Shown in pieces: positions 63,701 through 64,000 of a DNA stretch of 64,000 nucleotides; the first letter of the stretch is position 1, and every line of letters begins with the position of its first letter. Below the pieces are notes generated by a model. That model was given only the letters and a program-made list of their open reading frames with translations. It was not told where the DNA came from and made no database searches. Source of the stretch: Heterodontus francisci (Eukaryota). The translations under genes were made by a program, and so were the position numbers. Where the stretch lies: positions 54,959,522 through 55,023,521 of the forward strand of contig NC_090397.1 of assembly GCF_036365525.1 (NCBI RefSeq). The letters run 5' to 3'.

Positions 63701-64000
63701 TCTATTTGCGCAATTAATTCATCCACTTTATTGCAAATGCTCCGCTCGTTAAGGCACAAAGCCTTAAGGCTTGTCTTTTTAACATTACTTGTCCTCGCCC
63801 CACTATTTTTCATTGCGGCCCTGTTTGCTTCTGGCCCTTGATTTCTCTGCCTATCACTTTTCTTATTCTCCTTACTGTCTTTTGTTCTTGTCTTTGATGC
63901 CCCCTCCTCTGACTCCTTGCAAAGGTTCCCATCCCCCTTCCATTTTAGTTTAAACCCTCCCCAACCGCTCTAGCAAATACTCCCCCTAGGACATCAGTCC
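60796..64000 (-). mobile_element. Long CR1 LINE: end of ORF1 plus essentially complete, decayed ORF2 (APE endonuclease and RT); runs off the window
   Basis: ORF1 C-terminus ..DVLGGVFARAVGEGLN* (stop 63947-63945). EN motifs CLNERSICNK, ETWL, IMGDVN, SDHN; RT motifs [11 protein letters not shown] and SKFADDTK; tail (CATAGAAA)n at 60796. Confidence 0.96.

Noticed and set aside
1-64000. Nested LRRC4 gene or an intronic miRNA, as known around mammalian SND1
   Set aside because: No long LRR/Ig ORF and no recognisable mature miRNA sequence in this window.

Overview
Eukaryotic vertebrate DNA, almost certainly from a cartilaginous fish (shark-type CR1/HER1 LINEs, HE1 V-SINEs, Deu-domain SINEs). It is not microbial, and I see no CRISPR array, rRNA, tRNA gene or operon. 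The window is almost entirely intronic. The only host coding exon I recognise is a 145-bp minus-strand exon of SND1 (Tudor-SN) at 22907-23051, with canonical AG/GT borders; I could not find the neighbouring SND1 exons here. The rest is a dense, nested record of transposable elements: CR1, L2, RTE and Penelope-like retroelements, two solo LTRs, a non-autonomous Helitron, a hAT MITE, SINEs and a 1.1-kb G-rich minisatellite. I do not see a convincing new multi-gene system. Five structures stand out. (1) A TSD-bounded, internally inverted Penelope cassette carries an open fragment of an OXNAD1-like host gene. (2) A 688-bp local templated insertion, flanked by a 163-bp duplication, preserves the pre-insertion state of an RTE site. 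(3) A canonical U-UUA-AAC slippery heptamer sits at a CR1 ORF1/ORF2 overlap. (4) An RTE element has a twin-priming-type 5' inversion. (5) A mini-Helitron with both ends intact sits in a palindromic target. Family assignments come from recalled consensus features, not database searches, and TE boundaries are approximate unless a TSD or TIR is cited.
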